A stretch of 64,000 nt of DNA. Source: Bacteroidaceae bacterium (GTDB lineage: Bacteria; Bacteroidota; Bacteroidia; Bacteroidales; Bacteroidaceae). The translations under genes were made by a program, and so were the position numbers. This document shows, piece by piece, positions 20,141 to 29,951 of this stretch (position 1 is its first letter; every line of letters starts with the position of its first letter). The DNA is taken from assembly GCA_017530735.1 (NCBI GenBank), contig JAFXMB010000057.1, positions 19,275-83,274 on the forward strand, read 5' to 3'. The notes under the pieces were generated by a model, which saw nothing but the letters and a program-made list of their open reading frames with translations, was not told the DNA's origin and did no database searches.

Positions 20141-20659
20141 ATGGATATCGATATCAGACTTGCCGGCACTAACGACCTTCAAACAATTCATGAGATGGCC
20201 GAGGTGGTTTTCAGGGAGACTTACAGGACCATACTGTCACCTGAGCAGATGGATTATATGATGGAATGGATGTATTCCTTACCTAATCTGGAGGATCAGG
20301 TGCTACGCGGACATGTCTATTATATTGCTTGGGCTGGTGATGAACCGCAAGGGTATGTGTCGGTCAGAAAGGATTCTGTGGATGCAGACGGGACAGAGGT
20401 TTGGCACCTGGAAAAGATTTATGTCATGCCATCAGCGCAGGGTATCGGGCTGGGTAACAGGCTTTTGGAAACTGTAAAGCAGCATGTGCGTGACAATAAG
20501 ATGTCTGTCAAGGCCAGGATTGAGTTGAACGTGAACCGTAACAATCCGGCGGTTGGATTCTACCGTAACCAGGGACTCTCTATACTCAGACAGGGTGATT
20601 TCCCCATCGGAAACGGATTTTACATGAATGACTACATAATGGGTACAGATATCAGATGA
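20141..20659 (+). CDS. GNAT family N-acetyltransferase
   Basis: The segment VMPSAQGIGLGNRLLETV is the Q/RxxGxG/A motif; 172 aa. Confidence 0.75.
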   Translation: MDIDIRLAGTNDLQTIHEMAEVVFRETYRTILSPEQMDYMMEWMYSLPNLEDQVLRGHVYYIAWAGDEPQGYVSVRKDSVDADGTEVWHLEKIYVMPSAQGIGLGNRLLETVKQHVRDNKMSVKARIELNVNRNNPAVGFYRNQGLSILRQGDFPIGNGFYMNDYIMGTDIR

Positions 20660-21381
20660 CAGATTATCTTCTCATAGCGTTGCTTGCCGTAGGAGCCAGT
20701 TTCGTGGAGCGTACCACAGGATTCGGGTTCGGGATATTCATCATGACGGTCCTGCCGTTCCTGATGCCGTCATACGGTGAGGCTACGACACTGTCCGGAT
20801 TGTTGGCACTCACTACAACCTTGATCATATGCAGCAGGATGTGGAAACTGATTATCTGGAAGCATCTATGGCCCATTCTGATAACATTCATCGTGGTTTC
20901 TGGCGGTGCGGTCTACATGCTGTCCCGCATGCAGCTCAGGTCCCTTACCGTGTCGCTTGGCATCATCCTTATCCTGATAAGCATATATTTCCTCACTCTG
21001 GGAGGCAAGATTCGCATAAAACCTACGGTGAAAGCGCAGATAATCACCGGTAGCCTGAGCGGACTCATGGGAGGTTTCTTTGGCATGCAGGGACCGCCGG
21101 CAGTGCTTTATTTCATATCCTCCGAGAAGGATAAGGACCATTACATGGCCATAATCTCCATGTATTTCTGCCTAGGCAATCTGGCTATGACCTTTTTCCG
21201 CGCAGGTAGCGGATTCCTTACCATGTCCGTTTGCAAGGCCTACGTAGCAGGTATTGCGGGAGTCTTTCTAGGCACTTACATCGGAACCAAGGTCTTTGAA
21301 CATATTCCCGCGCAGGTGTTCCGGTACGTGGTCTATGCCTATATTGGAATCTGCGGCATAATAATCCTTTCAACTATGTAA
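20656..21381 (+). CDS. TauE/SafE family sulfite/anion exporter-like membrane protein
   Basis: 241 aa, with 7-8 hydrophobic helices and Gly-rich repeats (GFGFGIFIM, GLMGGFFGMQGPP). The start overlaps the GNAT stop (ATGA). Confidence 0.7.
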   Translation: MTDYLLIALLAVGASFVERTTGFGFGIFIMTVLPFLMPSYGEATTLSGLLALTTTLIICSRMWKLIIWKHLWPILITFIVVSGGAVYMLSRMQLRSLTVSLGIILILISIYFLTLGGKIRIKPTVKAQIITGSLSGLMGGFFGMQGPPAVLYFISSEKDKDHYMAIISMYFCLGNLAMTFFRAGSGFLTMSVCKAYVAGIAGVFLGTYIGTKVFEHIPAQVFRYVVYAYIGICGIIILSTM

Positions 21382-21399
21382 TAACCAATAATCAGTAAT

Positions 21400-22581
21400 A
21401 TGAGAAAGTTACTCAATTCAGTCCTTGTGTCCATTATGTTTGCGTTAATTGCCTGTAAGGGCAGTGTCTCTGTGGATAGTCCGGAGGCGGAGACAATCCT
21501 CTATGATTCGGACAGTACCGCGGTATTGAAAGTGGATGATGTCTTGGAGCTTACCAGAGTGATCCAGTTGGAGACTGCCGGTCCCTCCAGCATGATAGGT
21601 GAAATTTACCAGTTGGCCTATACCAATGGTGTTTTTGTCGTCTTTGATATGAGTAATAAAGCCGTGAAGATATTCGATGAAAACGGTAAATTCGTAAGAA
21701 ATATATCATCACACGGCAATGGCCCTAAAGAGTATCTTGATATCCGTAGCATATGCATCACACCCAACGGCAATATTGCCATTGTCGATGATATGAAAAA
21801 GAGGATTACGGAGTTTACGGTCGACGGCAAATACGTATCCGATTTTTCTATCCAAGGCTATCCTCACGGTGTTGAATACCTGAACAATGACACCCTTGTA
21901 TATGAATCTGCTTGTGACATATCAGCTGATGACGACAGGATAAACGCCAGTGAGATATATATAGCTGACCGCAAGGGTGAGATAATAGGATGTTTCGGTG
22001 AAGACATGTATTTTAAGACACGCAGGAGTGATTATGGTATGTCCAGACGCCTGCTTTACAGGTATTGCGGCACAATCTTCTTTACGTTGCTGGAAAACAA
22101 CATAATCTACAAAATGAACGCTGACGGTACAGCGGTTCCCAAGTATAACCTTCAGCTGCGTCCCAAAAACCTGGTTCCTATGTGGGATAAGGAGTATCAC
22201 ACAGAGGATAATATTATGAATTGGCTGCCAACCTTTTTTGAACAGCCCAACTTTGGAGGAGCTTTTATAGAGTTTGAGGATTACTCAATTGTAAGATATA
22301 CCGATCATTATCATTATCTGCCGATGTTGGTATATGACCATAGGAAAAAGCAGACTTTTGCGGTCGATGAAACCGGAGATGACGGTGTTTTCAGCTCTTT
22401 TTTCAATTTCTCATGTGCTGTCATGGACGATGGTCACAGCATTGCATGCTGGGTAAGTCCGGATGTAATCCGTAGTTTTCTGCAGTATGGAAGGATTCCT
22501 GATAATGAACTGTTCCGGAAAGCAGTAAGCGAGATGGATGATGAGTCCAACCCAATCCTTCTGGTGTTCACTTTCAAATAA
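21400..22581 (+). CDS. lipoprotein, 6-bladed beta-propeller-like (Bacteroides BF3164-type family)
   Basis: The lipobox reads MFALIACKG. The family call rests on overall resemblance only (IFDENGKFVRNISSHGNGPKEY, NGNIAIVDD). Confidence 0.45.
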   Translation: MRKLLNSVLVSIMFALIACKGSVSVDSPEAETILYDSDSTAVLKVDDVLELTRVIQLETAGPSSMIGEIYQLAYTNGVFVVFDMSNKAVKIFDENGKFVRNISSHGNGPKEYLDIRSICITPNGNIAIVDDMKKRITEFTVDGKYVSDFSIQGYPHGVEYLNNDTLVYESACDISADDDRINASEIYIADRKGEIIGCFGEDMYFKTRRSDYGMSRRLLYRYCGTIFFTLLENNIIYKMNADGTAVPKYNLQLRPKNLVPMWDKEYHTEDNIMNWLPTFFEQPNFGGAFIEFEDYSIVRYTDHYHYLPMLVYDHRKKQTFAVDETGDDGVFSSFFNFSCAVMDDGHSIACWVSPDVIRSFLQYGRIPDNELFRKAVSEMDDESNPILLVFTFK

Positions 22582-22622
22582 AAAAATCGTGGTGGAATAG
22601 TCTATACCACCACGATTTTTTA
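22579..22622. terminator. bidirectional intrinsic terminator
   Basis: Stem ATCGTGGTGG (22586-22595) pairs with CCACCACGAT (22607-22616), flanked by an A-run and a T-run. It lies between convergent genes. Confidence 0.8.
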
Positions 22623-22639
22623 TAAGTTAGCCGGTATTG

Positions 22640-24043
22640 TCATTTCTTTTTCTTCTTGCCTTTGGCAGGAGGATTAAGCTCATCCTTGGCGGCCTGAAGC
22701 AGTTTCTGGAACTCAGGCATGGTATGCAGGTGTGCCAGTGTGGCCGATGCCCACAGGCGGGCGGTCTGTACGTCGCTGGGGTAGTTGTAACCGGCAATGA
22801 CGCGGCTGCGGCCATACTCAAATCCGCGGTTCAGGATATCGTTGGCGGCCTCACGCGGACCTATTTCTACAAGCAGAAGGGCAAGTCCCCATCCAATCTC
22901 TGAATGTGTTGAAGGATAACTGGTTGTAGTTTTTAAAGAATCCTCATTTTCACTGATCAAAGTCTTGTTCCTGCGGGGATTAAGCTTTACATAGGGGCGC
23001 TCGCGGAATGTGGTACCGCCCAATTCACCGGCTGTTTTGATAAGGTTATCCCTTGTATAATCCATAAGAGCCGCAATGGCGGGATTGGACTCGCGGCTTA
23101 TTTCAAACGCAGGTGTGCTGAAAGCCTTCATGATGGCCTCAACGCTGTTGTCGGCATCGGCCTTGGCCTGCTCTCCACGCTCTGTTTCCCTTTCGGGTAG
23201 TGTCTCGTAATACTTGATGATATCTCCGTAGAAACGGTGGCTGTCCTCTGTAACGGGACCGTCAAAAACCTTGCTTCCATCGGGAAATCCCTCTGTCTGG
23301 CTTACGTTCTTGATTCCCTTTATCTTGCAGTATTCCTTACGGGCAGCAGCAAGGTCTTTCTGGAAATACTCACTGGCGTGCATTACAGCAACTGCAGTAC
23401 TTCCGCACAGGTAACCGGCATCTACGTCACTCTGATAGTGGGCACCTACAATCACGCGGCTCTCACCGTACTGGAATCCGGTGCGCAACAGTGTATCCTG
23501 AAGTTCGGGAACCATCTCTGAAAGTACCAGAGCGGTTGCCCAACCAAGGGCAGTATGTCCCGATGGATACGAGCCGTTAAAGCGTAACTCGCGCTCATTG
23601 TCAAAACGGCCCCATGTGTGCTCGTTGTACTGGGCAAACGGGCGGGTGCGCATATATTTGCGCTTGGCGTTGTGTGTGCTCAGATTCTCTGTCCAAAGCA
23701 CATTGTAAAGCAACTTGTATATGGCAGGGGTCTTTTCCTTGGTGATCTCAAATCCCAGGGTCTCCTGATGTACCCTTATCATTCCTTTTATTCCCCACTG
23801 CGAATCGTCGTTGGCCTGCTGGCCGCGGTCTGTGGGACGTACGGACTTACCCCACTGCCACTGTGCAAAGTCATCGGCATATTGCGGACTGAGCATATCG
23901 GGTGGTGGCGGCAGATAGATGCCGGCATCGGGCATGTCCTGAAGGAATACGTAGACTGTGTCTTTTTCAGTCTGGGCAAAAGTTTTGCCGCCAATGAACA
24001 GCAATGTTACAGCCGCAAACAGTCTTGTGAGTTTTCTGATCAT
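22640..24043 (-). CDS. secreted tandem-domain class A (PAP2) acid phosphatase-like protein
   Basis: Signal peptide. Domain 1 has the complete KRKYMRTRP / PSGH / SRVIVGAHYQSD motifs. Domain 2 has degenerate equivalents (GGTTFRERP / PSTH / SRVIAGYNYPSD). The tail is poly-Lys (GKKKKK). Confidence 0.75.
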   Translation of the reverse strand: MIRKLTRLFAAVTLLFIGGKTFAQTEKDTVYVFLQDMPDAGIYLPPPPDMLSPQYADDFAQWQWGKSVRPTDRGQQANDDSQWGIKGMIRVHQETLGFEITKEKTPAIYKLLYNVLWTENLSTHNAKRKYMRTRPFAQYNEHTWGRFDNERELRFNGSYPSGHTALGWATALVLSEMVPELQDTLLRTGFQYGESRVIVGAHYQSDVDAGYLCGSTAVAVMHASEYFQKDLAAARKEYCKIKGIKNVSQTEGFPDGSKVFDGPVTEDSHRFYGDIIKYYETLPERETERGEQAKADADNSVEAIMKAFSTPAFEISRESNPAIAALMDYTRDNLIKTAGELGGTTFRERPYVKLNPRRNKTLISENEDSLKTTTSYPSTHSEIGWGLALLLVEIGPREAANDILNRGFEYGRSRVIAGYNYPSDVQTARLWASATLAHLHTMPEFQKLLQAAKDELNPPAKGKKKKK

Positions 24044-24124
24044 ATTTCTTTGGTTAAAGGTTTAGCATTAACTGAGTGTCTCTATGAAACTTGACAAAGA
24101 TAGTTCTTTTTTCGCTATTTTGAG

Positions 24125-24132
24125 TATATTTG
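24125..24132 (+). promoter_or_regulatory. candidate -7 box TATATTTG
   Basis: Matches TAnnTTTG, 58 nt upstream of the ATG at 24191. Confidence 0.35.
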
Positions 24133-24190
24133 CCGCTGTGCCTGCCGGCCGTACATTCCCTAAACAAACAACTAACCTAAATTATAACCG

Positions 24191-26056
24191 ATGAAATCAT
24201 TAAAAATCCTTCTGTCCTTTTCTCTTTTGTGTATGTCTTTATTTTCACATGCTGAAAACAAAGGCAAGTATGAAAATTTCAAGGTTTCAATCTACACCCG
24301 TGCCTATGAAGTTCAGAGCATGACCGATCCCGCCTGGCTGGATTCGACATGGAACATCATATCGTCACAGATGAAGGTTGACAAGATCTATCTGGAGACT
24401 CACCGTGACCTTAACATCGTCAAGGCCGATGACATGAAACGTATCATCAAGTTCTTCAAGGATCGCGGAGTCGAGGTGGCCGGAGGTATAACTTACACCA
24501 TCAGTGAGGCCAACAACTTCCAGACTTTCTGCTACAAGAACCCCGAGGAGCGTGCAAAGGCCAAGGAAATCATTGAACTCACCGCCAGTCTGTTTGATGA
24601 GATCATACTTGACGACTTCTTCTTTACCGATTGCAAGTGTGACTACTGCGTACAGGCCAAGGGCAACCGTACATGGACCGATTACCGTCTGGAACTGATG
24701 GATGACGCCGCATTGAACGTGATTCTGGGTCCTGCCAAAAAGGTCAACAAGAATGTGAAGGTGGTAATCAAATACCCCAACTGGTATGACCACTTCCCTG
24801 CATTGGGATTTGACCTGGATTTCGGCCCCAAGCACTTTGACGGCATATATACCGGAACCGAGACCCGTGACGCCGTACGCAGCAACCAGCATCTGCAGCC
24901 CTATGAGAGCTATCTGATATGGAGATATTTTGACAACCTGAACCCCGGTCACAACGGCGGCGGTTGGGTTGATACCGGCGGAATGCGTTATATGGAGCGT
25001 TACGCCGAGCAGCTCTGGCTGACAGTCTTTGCCAAGGCCCCCGAGATGACATTCTTTGACTACCGTCAGATGCTTGGCGGACTGCGCAGTTCATACCGCG
25101 GTCCCTGGCAGGATGCCGGCGGCACCAGTTTCAACTACGATGATATGATGAAACCGGTAAATATCAACGGAAAGGAGGTAACACCCACCACCATGGCAAG
25201 GGCAGCCGGCTATACCATGGAGCAGGTGGACCGTACCATCGGCCTGCTTGGTAATCCCATAGGAGTAAAGAGTTACAAGCCCTACCAGTCTACCGGCGAG
25301 GAGTTCCTGCAGAACTATTTCGGTATGATTGGTATTCCCATGGACATTGTTCCCGAGTTCCCCACCGATGCCAACATGGTTATACTGACCGAACAGGCAG
25401 CGGCCGATGCCGATATCATAAAGAAGATGGACAAGCACCTGCGTTCAGGCAAGGACATCACCATCACTGCCGGTTTCCTTCGTGCCATGAAGGGTAAAGG
25501 CATAGAGAGTATCGTGGATTTGGAATATACTGACCGCAAGGCTCTTGTATCGGGCTTTATGACCGGAGGCCAGATAGTGAATGTTTCCAAGCCCATCCTC
25601 ATGCAGCAGGTCATGTACAAGACCAATGACTCATGGGAGATTGTATCGGGTATGGACGGCGGACTGGGATGGCCCCTGCTGCACCGTGACGCATACTCCA
25701 AGGGTAACGTCTATCTGCTGGTGGTACCGGATAATTTTGCCGATCTCTACAACCTGCCCGTCCAGGTACTCAACAGCATCCGTCAGAACCTGACTCAGAA
25801 GGCTGTGCCGGTACGTATGCAGGGTCCGGCAAACGTATCCCTGTTCATATATGACAACAACACCTTCATCGTCGAGTCATTCTCAGATGAAGATGTTGAT
25901 ATCACAGTCCTATGTCAGTCAGAGGGATTGAAGGATCTTCTTTCGGGTGATGAAGTGAGCGGTTCACGAGTTATGTCGTGGGGTCGCAGCACCTCGAACG
26001 AGAGGTCTTTCCGCGTTCATCTCAAGCCCCATTCATACAGGGTCTTCAAGTTCTGA
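24191..26056 (+). CDS. secreted protein of unknown function, possibly a glycoside-hydrolase-like TIM barrel
   Basis: 621 aa with a signal peptide. The Cys cluster DCKCDYC is reminiscent of the CxCxxC zinc site in GH42/GHL-type barrels. The functional call is weak. Confidence 0.35.
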   Translation: MKSLKILLSFSLLCMSLFSHAENKGKYENFKVSIYTRAYEVQSMTDPAWLDSTWNIISSQMKVDKIYLETHRDLNIVKADDMKRIIKFFKDRGVEVAGGITYTISEANNFQTFCYKNPEERAKAKEIIELTASLFDEIILDDFFFTDCKCDYCVQAKGNRTWTDYRLELMDDAALNVILGPAKKVNKNVKVVIKYPNWYDHFPALGFDLDFGPKHFDGIYTGTETRDAVRSNQHLQPYESYLIWRYFDNLNPGHNGGGWVDTGGMRYMERYAEQLWLTVFAKAPEMTFFDYRQMLGGLRSSYRGPWQDAGGTSFNYDDMMKPVNINGKEVTPTTMARAAGYTMEQVDRTIGLLGNPIGVKSYKPYQSTGEEFLQNYFGMIGIPMDIVPEFPTDANMVILTEQAAADADIIKKMDKHLRSGKDITITAGFLRAMKGKGIESIVDLEYTDRKALVSGFMTGGQIVNVSKPILMQQVMYKTNDSWEIVSGMDGGLGWPLLHRDAYSKGNVYLLVVPDNFADLYNLPVQVLNSIRQNLTQKAVPVRMQGPANVSLFIYDNNTFIVESFSDEDVDITVLCQSEGLKDLLSGDEVSGSRVMSWGRSTSNERSFRVHLKPHSYRVFKF

Positions 26057-27130
26057 TTATTGCATATCACGCAACAGCACTTTCATTTCAGGCAGTCTGT
26101 CAGCCAGTCCTGACAGGTCTGTCTGGCTGAAGTGATATGGTATGAGTACCTCGGGATTGACCATCCTGGCTGCATTCACGCACTGGTCAACCGTCATGGT
26201 ATAGGGCTGGTTTACAGGGAGGAAAGCAACGCTTATCCTCATGTTCTGACGCATCTTGGGTATATCCACCATTTCAGGTATATCTTCCGTGTCGCCTGCG
26301 ACATAGGCGCTTAGTGTACCCCAGAAATGTATCAGATAACCGTTTCCGTTGCCTTTGGGATGGAACTGCTCGCGTCCGGCTGTAGTGTTGTAGGCGGGAA
26401 CAGCCTCTACAATGATTCCTACAGGTGATAGAGTGAAATGCTCACCGTTTGCCAATATCCTGCCAAAGCCTATCTGCTGCTGTGACTTGGCATTCAGCAA
26501 AACCTCCGTTTTTTCCGATGAAAGCGCCATAATTGCATTCTTGTCCAGATGATCGCCGTGCTCATGGGTTATAAGTATGGCATCGGCTTTGGGGAACTCC
26601 TTGGCATAATCGGTGTTCTTACCGTAACCGCTTACGGGATCAACCTGAACGGACATACCCTTGTAAGCAAATTCCAATGATCCGTGCTTGATGAGAGTGA
26701 TGACCAGGGGATCGTTTCCACCTCCTGCGGGAATGTATTCAACCTGGTAGGAGTTGGTCATCTTTCCGGCCTCGGTCCAAGCGGTATAACCGCCTGTCAG
26801 GTTCAGCACCTTATAGCCTGCATCGGACAGGGCCTGGGCTGCAGCCGCACTTCTCTTACCGCTGCGGCAGTATATGGCCAAGGTCAGGGTTGTATTGAAA
26901 TTTACTTTGATTTCATCCATGAATCCGTCCTTCTGCCAGTCAATGTTGACGGCGTGATAGAGATGCCCCTGCGCAAACTCGTCGGCAGTGCGTACATCTA
27001 TGGTCACAGTACCGTCGGCAATGTAAGCCTTTTCAAACTCATCGGGAGTAAGGTCTGTCCAGTTATTGCAGTTGCATGAATTGAAACTCATAGCTGATAA
27101 AATTGCCAAAATAAACAATCTGGTCTTCAT
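26057..27130 (-). CDS. lipoprotein fusing an N-terminal rhodanese domain to a C-terminal MBL-fold metallohydrolase domain
   Basis: Lipobox AMSFNSC. Rhodanese active loop IYCRSGKRS followed by LTGGYTAW. MBL motif ILITHEHGDHLD (HxHxDH). Confidence 0.75.
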   Translation of the reverse strand: MKTRLFILAILSAMSFNSCNCNNWTDLTPDEFEKAYIADGTVTIDVRTADEFAQGHLYHAVNIDWQKDGFMDEIKVNFNTTLTLAIYCRSGKRSAAAAQALSDAGYKVLNLTGGYTAWTEAGKMTNSYQVEYIPAGGGNDPLVITLIKHGSLEFAYKGMSVQVDPVSGYGKNTDYAKEFPKADAILITHEHGDHLDKNAIMALSSEKTEVLLNAKSQQQIGFGRILANGEHFTLSPVGIIVEAVPAYNTTAGREQFHPKGNGNGYLIHFWGTLSAYVAGDTEDIPEMVDIPKMRQNMRISVAFLPVNQPYTMTVDQCVNAARMVNPEVLIPYHFSQTDLSGLADRLPEMKVLLRDMQ

Positions 27131-27213
27131 ATTAGGTTATGGTTTGTGGTTTGTCGTGAGTGCAAATATAAAGAATCGGCCGCATAGTTATAGGATTAAT
27201 ACACATTAATGAG

Positions 27214-27221
27214 TATATTTG
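27214..27221 (+). promoter_or_regulatory. candidate Bacteroidetes -7 box TATATTTG for the sdh/frd operon
   Basis: Matches TAnnTTTG, 58 nt upstream of the ATG at 27279. Confidence 0.4.
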
Positions 27222-27278
27222 CAGTCTATTTTTCACGCGCATAAACTAAAATATTCATAATCAAAAAACTAAACTTTT

Positions 27279-27959
27279 ATGTGGTTAATCGATTCATCAA
27301 TCGGACGTAAGGTAGTGATGAGCGTCACCGGTGCCGCTCTGATCCTGTTCCTGACATTCCACATGGCAATGAACTGCGTGGCCCTTATCTCGGGCGAGGC
27401 TTACAATGTCATCTGCGAATTCCTGGGAGCTAACTGGTATGCACTGGTAGGTACTGCAGGACTGGCCGTACTTATGGTTCTCCACTTTGTCTTTGCTTTC
27501 TGGCTGACAATCCAGAACCGCAAGGCACGCGGAAACGTAAGATACGCCGTTTCTGAGAGACCCAAATCTGTTGAGTGGGCTTCACAGAACATGCTGGTGC
27601 TGGGTATCATCGTGTTTGTAGGTCTGCTGGTGCATTTCGCCAACTTCTGGTCAAAGATGCAGCTTCAGGAAATCATCCACGGCACAAACTTTGTTGCAGG
27701 ACAGAATGGTCCTACCGATGGTGCTTTCCTGATTCAGTACACATTCTCACAGTGGTACTATGTTGTAGTTTACACCGTTTGGCTTGCAGCTCTCTGGTTC
27801 CATCTTTCACACGGATTCTGGAGCATGTTCCAGACTGTTGGTTGGAGTGGCAGCAAATGGCAGCGCCGCTGGCAGGTTATCGGTAACATCTATGTTACCC
27901 TGGTAATCCTTGGTTTCCTGAGCGTGGTTTATTTCTACTTCTTCAAGAGCCTTTGTTAA
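27279..27959 (+). CDS. sdhC: succinate dehydrogenase/fumarate reductase cytochrome b subunit (Bacteroides type)
   Basis: 226 aa with five hydrophobic helices containing conserved His. It is first in a three-gene operon with the flavoprotein and Fe-S subunits. Confidence 0.8.
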   Translation: MWLIDSSIGRKVVMSVTGAALILFLTFHMAMNCVALISGEAYNVICEFLGANWYALVGTAGLAVLMVLHFVFAFWLTIQNRKARGNVRYAVSERPKSVEWASQNMLVLGIIVFVGLLVHFANFWSKMQLQEIIHGTNFVAGQNGPTDGAFLIQYTFSQWYYVVVYTVWLAALWFHLSHGFWSMFQTVGWSGSKWQRRWQVIGNIYVTLVILGFLSVVYFYFFKSLC

Positions 27960-27978
27960 ACCGTAAAAGTATTTGAAT

Positions 27979-29937
27979 ATGGCTACTATAGATTCAAAAA
28001 TTCCCGAAGGCCCGTTGGCTGAAAAATGGTCCAACTATAAGGCTCATCAGAAACTCGTCAACCCCGCCAATAAGCGCAAGCTTGACATCATCGTTGTAGG
28101 TTCAGGTCTGGCCGGCGCATCTGCAGCCGCCACACTCGGTGACCTCGGTTTCAAGGTAAAGTGCTTCTGCATCCAGGATTCACCCCGTCGCGCTCACTCA
28201 ATCGCCGCACAGGGTGGTATCAACGCTGCCAAGAACTACCAGAACGACGGTGACTCAGTATATCGTCTTTTCTACGATACCATCAAGGGCGGTGACTACC
28301 GTTCACGTGAGGCCAACGTTTACCGTCTGGCTGAGGTATCAAACAATATCATTGACCAGTGCGTTGCACAGGGTGTACCCTTTGCCCGTGAGTACGGCGG
28401 CACACTTGCCAACCGTTCATTCGGCGGTGCTCAGGTATCGCGTACATTCTACGCCCGCGGTCAAACCGGACAGCAGCTGCTTCTGGGTGCCTACTCTGCA
28501 CTGAGCTATCAGGTACATCAGGGTAACGTAGAGTTGTTCACCCGCTGCGAGATGCTTGATCTGGTTATGATCAAGGACGATGAGGGTAAGGAGCGTGCAC
28601 GCGGTATCATCTACCGTGACCTGGTTACCGGTGAGATCAAGCGTTGCTCAGCCCACGCCGTTGTTATCGGCACAGGCGGTTACGGAAACACCTACTTCCT
28701 GTCAACCAACGCTATGGGCAGTAACGGTTCAGCCGCAATGCAGTGCTACCGCAAGGGTGCATGGTTCGCCAACCCCGCATTTGCTCAGATCCACCCCACC
28801 TGTATCCCCGTACACGGTGACAAGCAGTCCAAGCTGACACTGATGTCAGAGTCTCTGCGTAATGACGGACGTATCTGGGTCCCCAAGAAACTTGAGGATG
28901 CCAAGAAACTGCAGGCTGGTGAACTCAACCCCAACGACATACCCGATGAGGACCGCGACTTCTATCTGGAGCGCCGCTATCCCGCATTCGGTAACTTGGT
29001 ACCCCGTGACGTTGCTTCACGTGCCGCCAAGGAGCGTTGCGACAAGGGCTACGGTGTAAACAACACCGGTCTGGCCGTATTCCTGGACTTCAAGTATGCT
29101 ATCCAGCGTCTGGGTAAGCAGGCTGTTGCCGACAAGTACGGTAACCTGTTTGACATGTGTGAGGAGATTACCGATGTAAATCCGTATGAGAACCCCATGA
29201 TGATATTCCCCGCCATCCACTATACAATGGGCGGTATCTGGGTTGACTACGAGCTGCAGACCTCTATCCCCGGTCTGTTTGCCATCGGTGAGTGCAACTT
29301 CTCAGACCATGGAGCCAACCGTCTTGGTGCTTCTGCTCTTATGCAGGGTCTTGCCGACGGTTACTTTGTACTCCCCTACACCATCCAGAACTATCTGGCC
29401 GACCAGATCCAGGTTCCGCGTTTCAGCACAGACCTGCCTGAGTTCGATGCTGCCGAGAAGGCCGTAAAGGAGAAGATCGCCAAGATCATGAGCATTAACG
29501 GAAAGCGTTCTGTTGATTCTATCCATAAGGAACTCGGTCACATCATGTGGGAGTATGTTGGTATGGGTCGTACCAAGGAGTCTCTTGAGACCGCTCTCAA
29601 GAAACTGGACGAGGTAGAGAAGACCTTCTGGTCAGACCTTCGTGTTCCGGGTGATGCCCAGACACTTAACGTTGAGTTGGAAAAAGCTCTGCGTCTGCTT
29701 GACTTCATCGAGATTGGCAAGCTCATGGCTTATGACGGTCTTAACCGTGAGGAGTCATGCGGCGGTCACTTCCGCGAGGAGCACCAGACCCCTGAGGGCG
29801 AGGCTCTGCGTCATGATGACAAGTTCTCATACGTAGCCTGCTGGAACTATCAGGGTGAGGGCAAGGCACCTGAACTTCTCAAGGAGCCTCTCAACTACGA
29901 GTATATCAAGGTTCAGACACGTAATTACAAGAACTGA
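27979..29937 (+). CDS. sdhA: succinate dehydrogenase/fumarate reductase flavoprotein subunit
   Basis: Motifs [29 protein letters not shown] (FAD-linking His context) and HYTMGGI. The start is set at the ATG at 27979; the track start at 27973 is a TTG. Confidence 0.95.
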   Translation: MATIDSKIPEGPLAEKWSNYKAHQKLVNPANKRKLDIIVVGSGLAGASAAATLGDLGFKVKCFCIQDSPRRAHSIAAQGGINAAKNYQNDGDSVYRLFYDTIKGGDYRSREANVYRLAEVSNNIIDQCVAQGVPFAREYGGTLANRSFGGAQVSRTFYARGQTGQQLLLGAYSALSYQVHQGNVELFTRCEMLDLVMIKDDEGKERARGIIYRDLVTGEIKRCSAHAVVIGTGGYGNTYFLSTNAMGSNGSAAMQCYRKGAWFANPAFAQIHPTCIPVHGDKQSKLTLMSESLRNDGRIWVPKKLEDAKKLQAGELNPNDIPDEDRDFYLERRYPAFGNLVPRDVASRAAKERCDKGYGVNNTGLAVFLDFKYAIQRLGKQAVADKYGNLFDMCEEITDVNPYENPMMIFPAIHYTMGGIWVDYELQTSIPGLFAIGECNFSDHGANRLGASALMQGLADGYFVLPYTIQNYLADQIQVPRFSTDLPEFDAAEKAVKEKIAKIMSINGKRSVDSIHKELGHIMWEYVGMGRTKESLETALKKLDEVEKTFWSDLRVPGDAQTLNVELEKALRLLDFIEIGKLMAYDGLNREESCGGHFREEHQTPEGEALRHDDKFSYVACWNYQGEGKAPELLKEPLNYEYIKVQTRNYKN

Positions 29938-29951
29938 TAAAAAGCATCACT

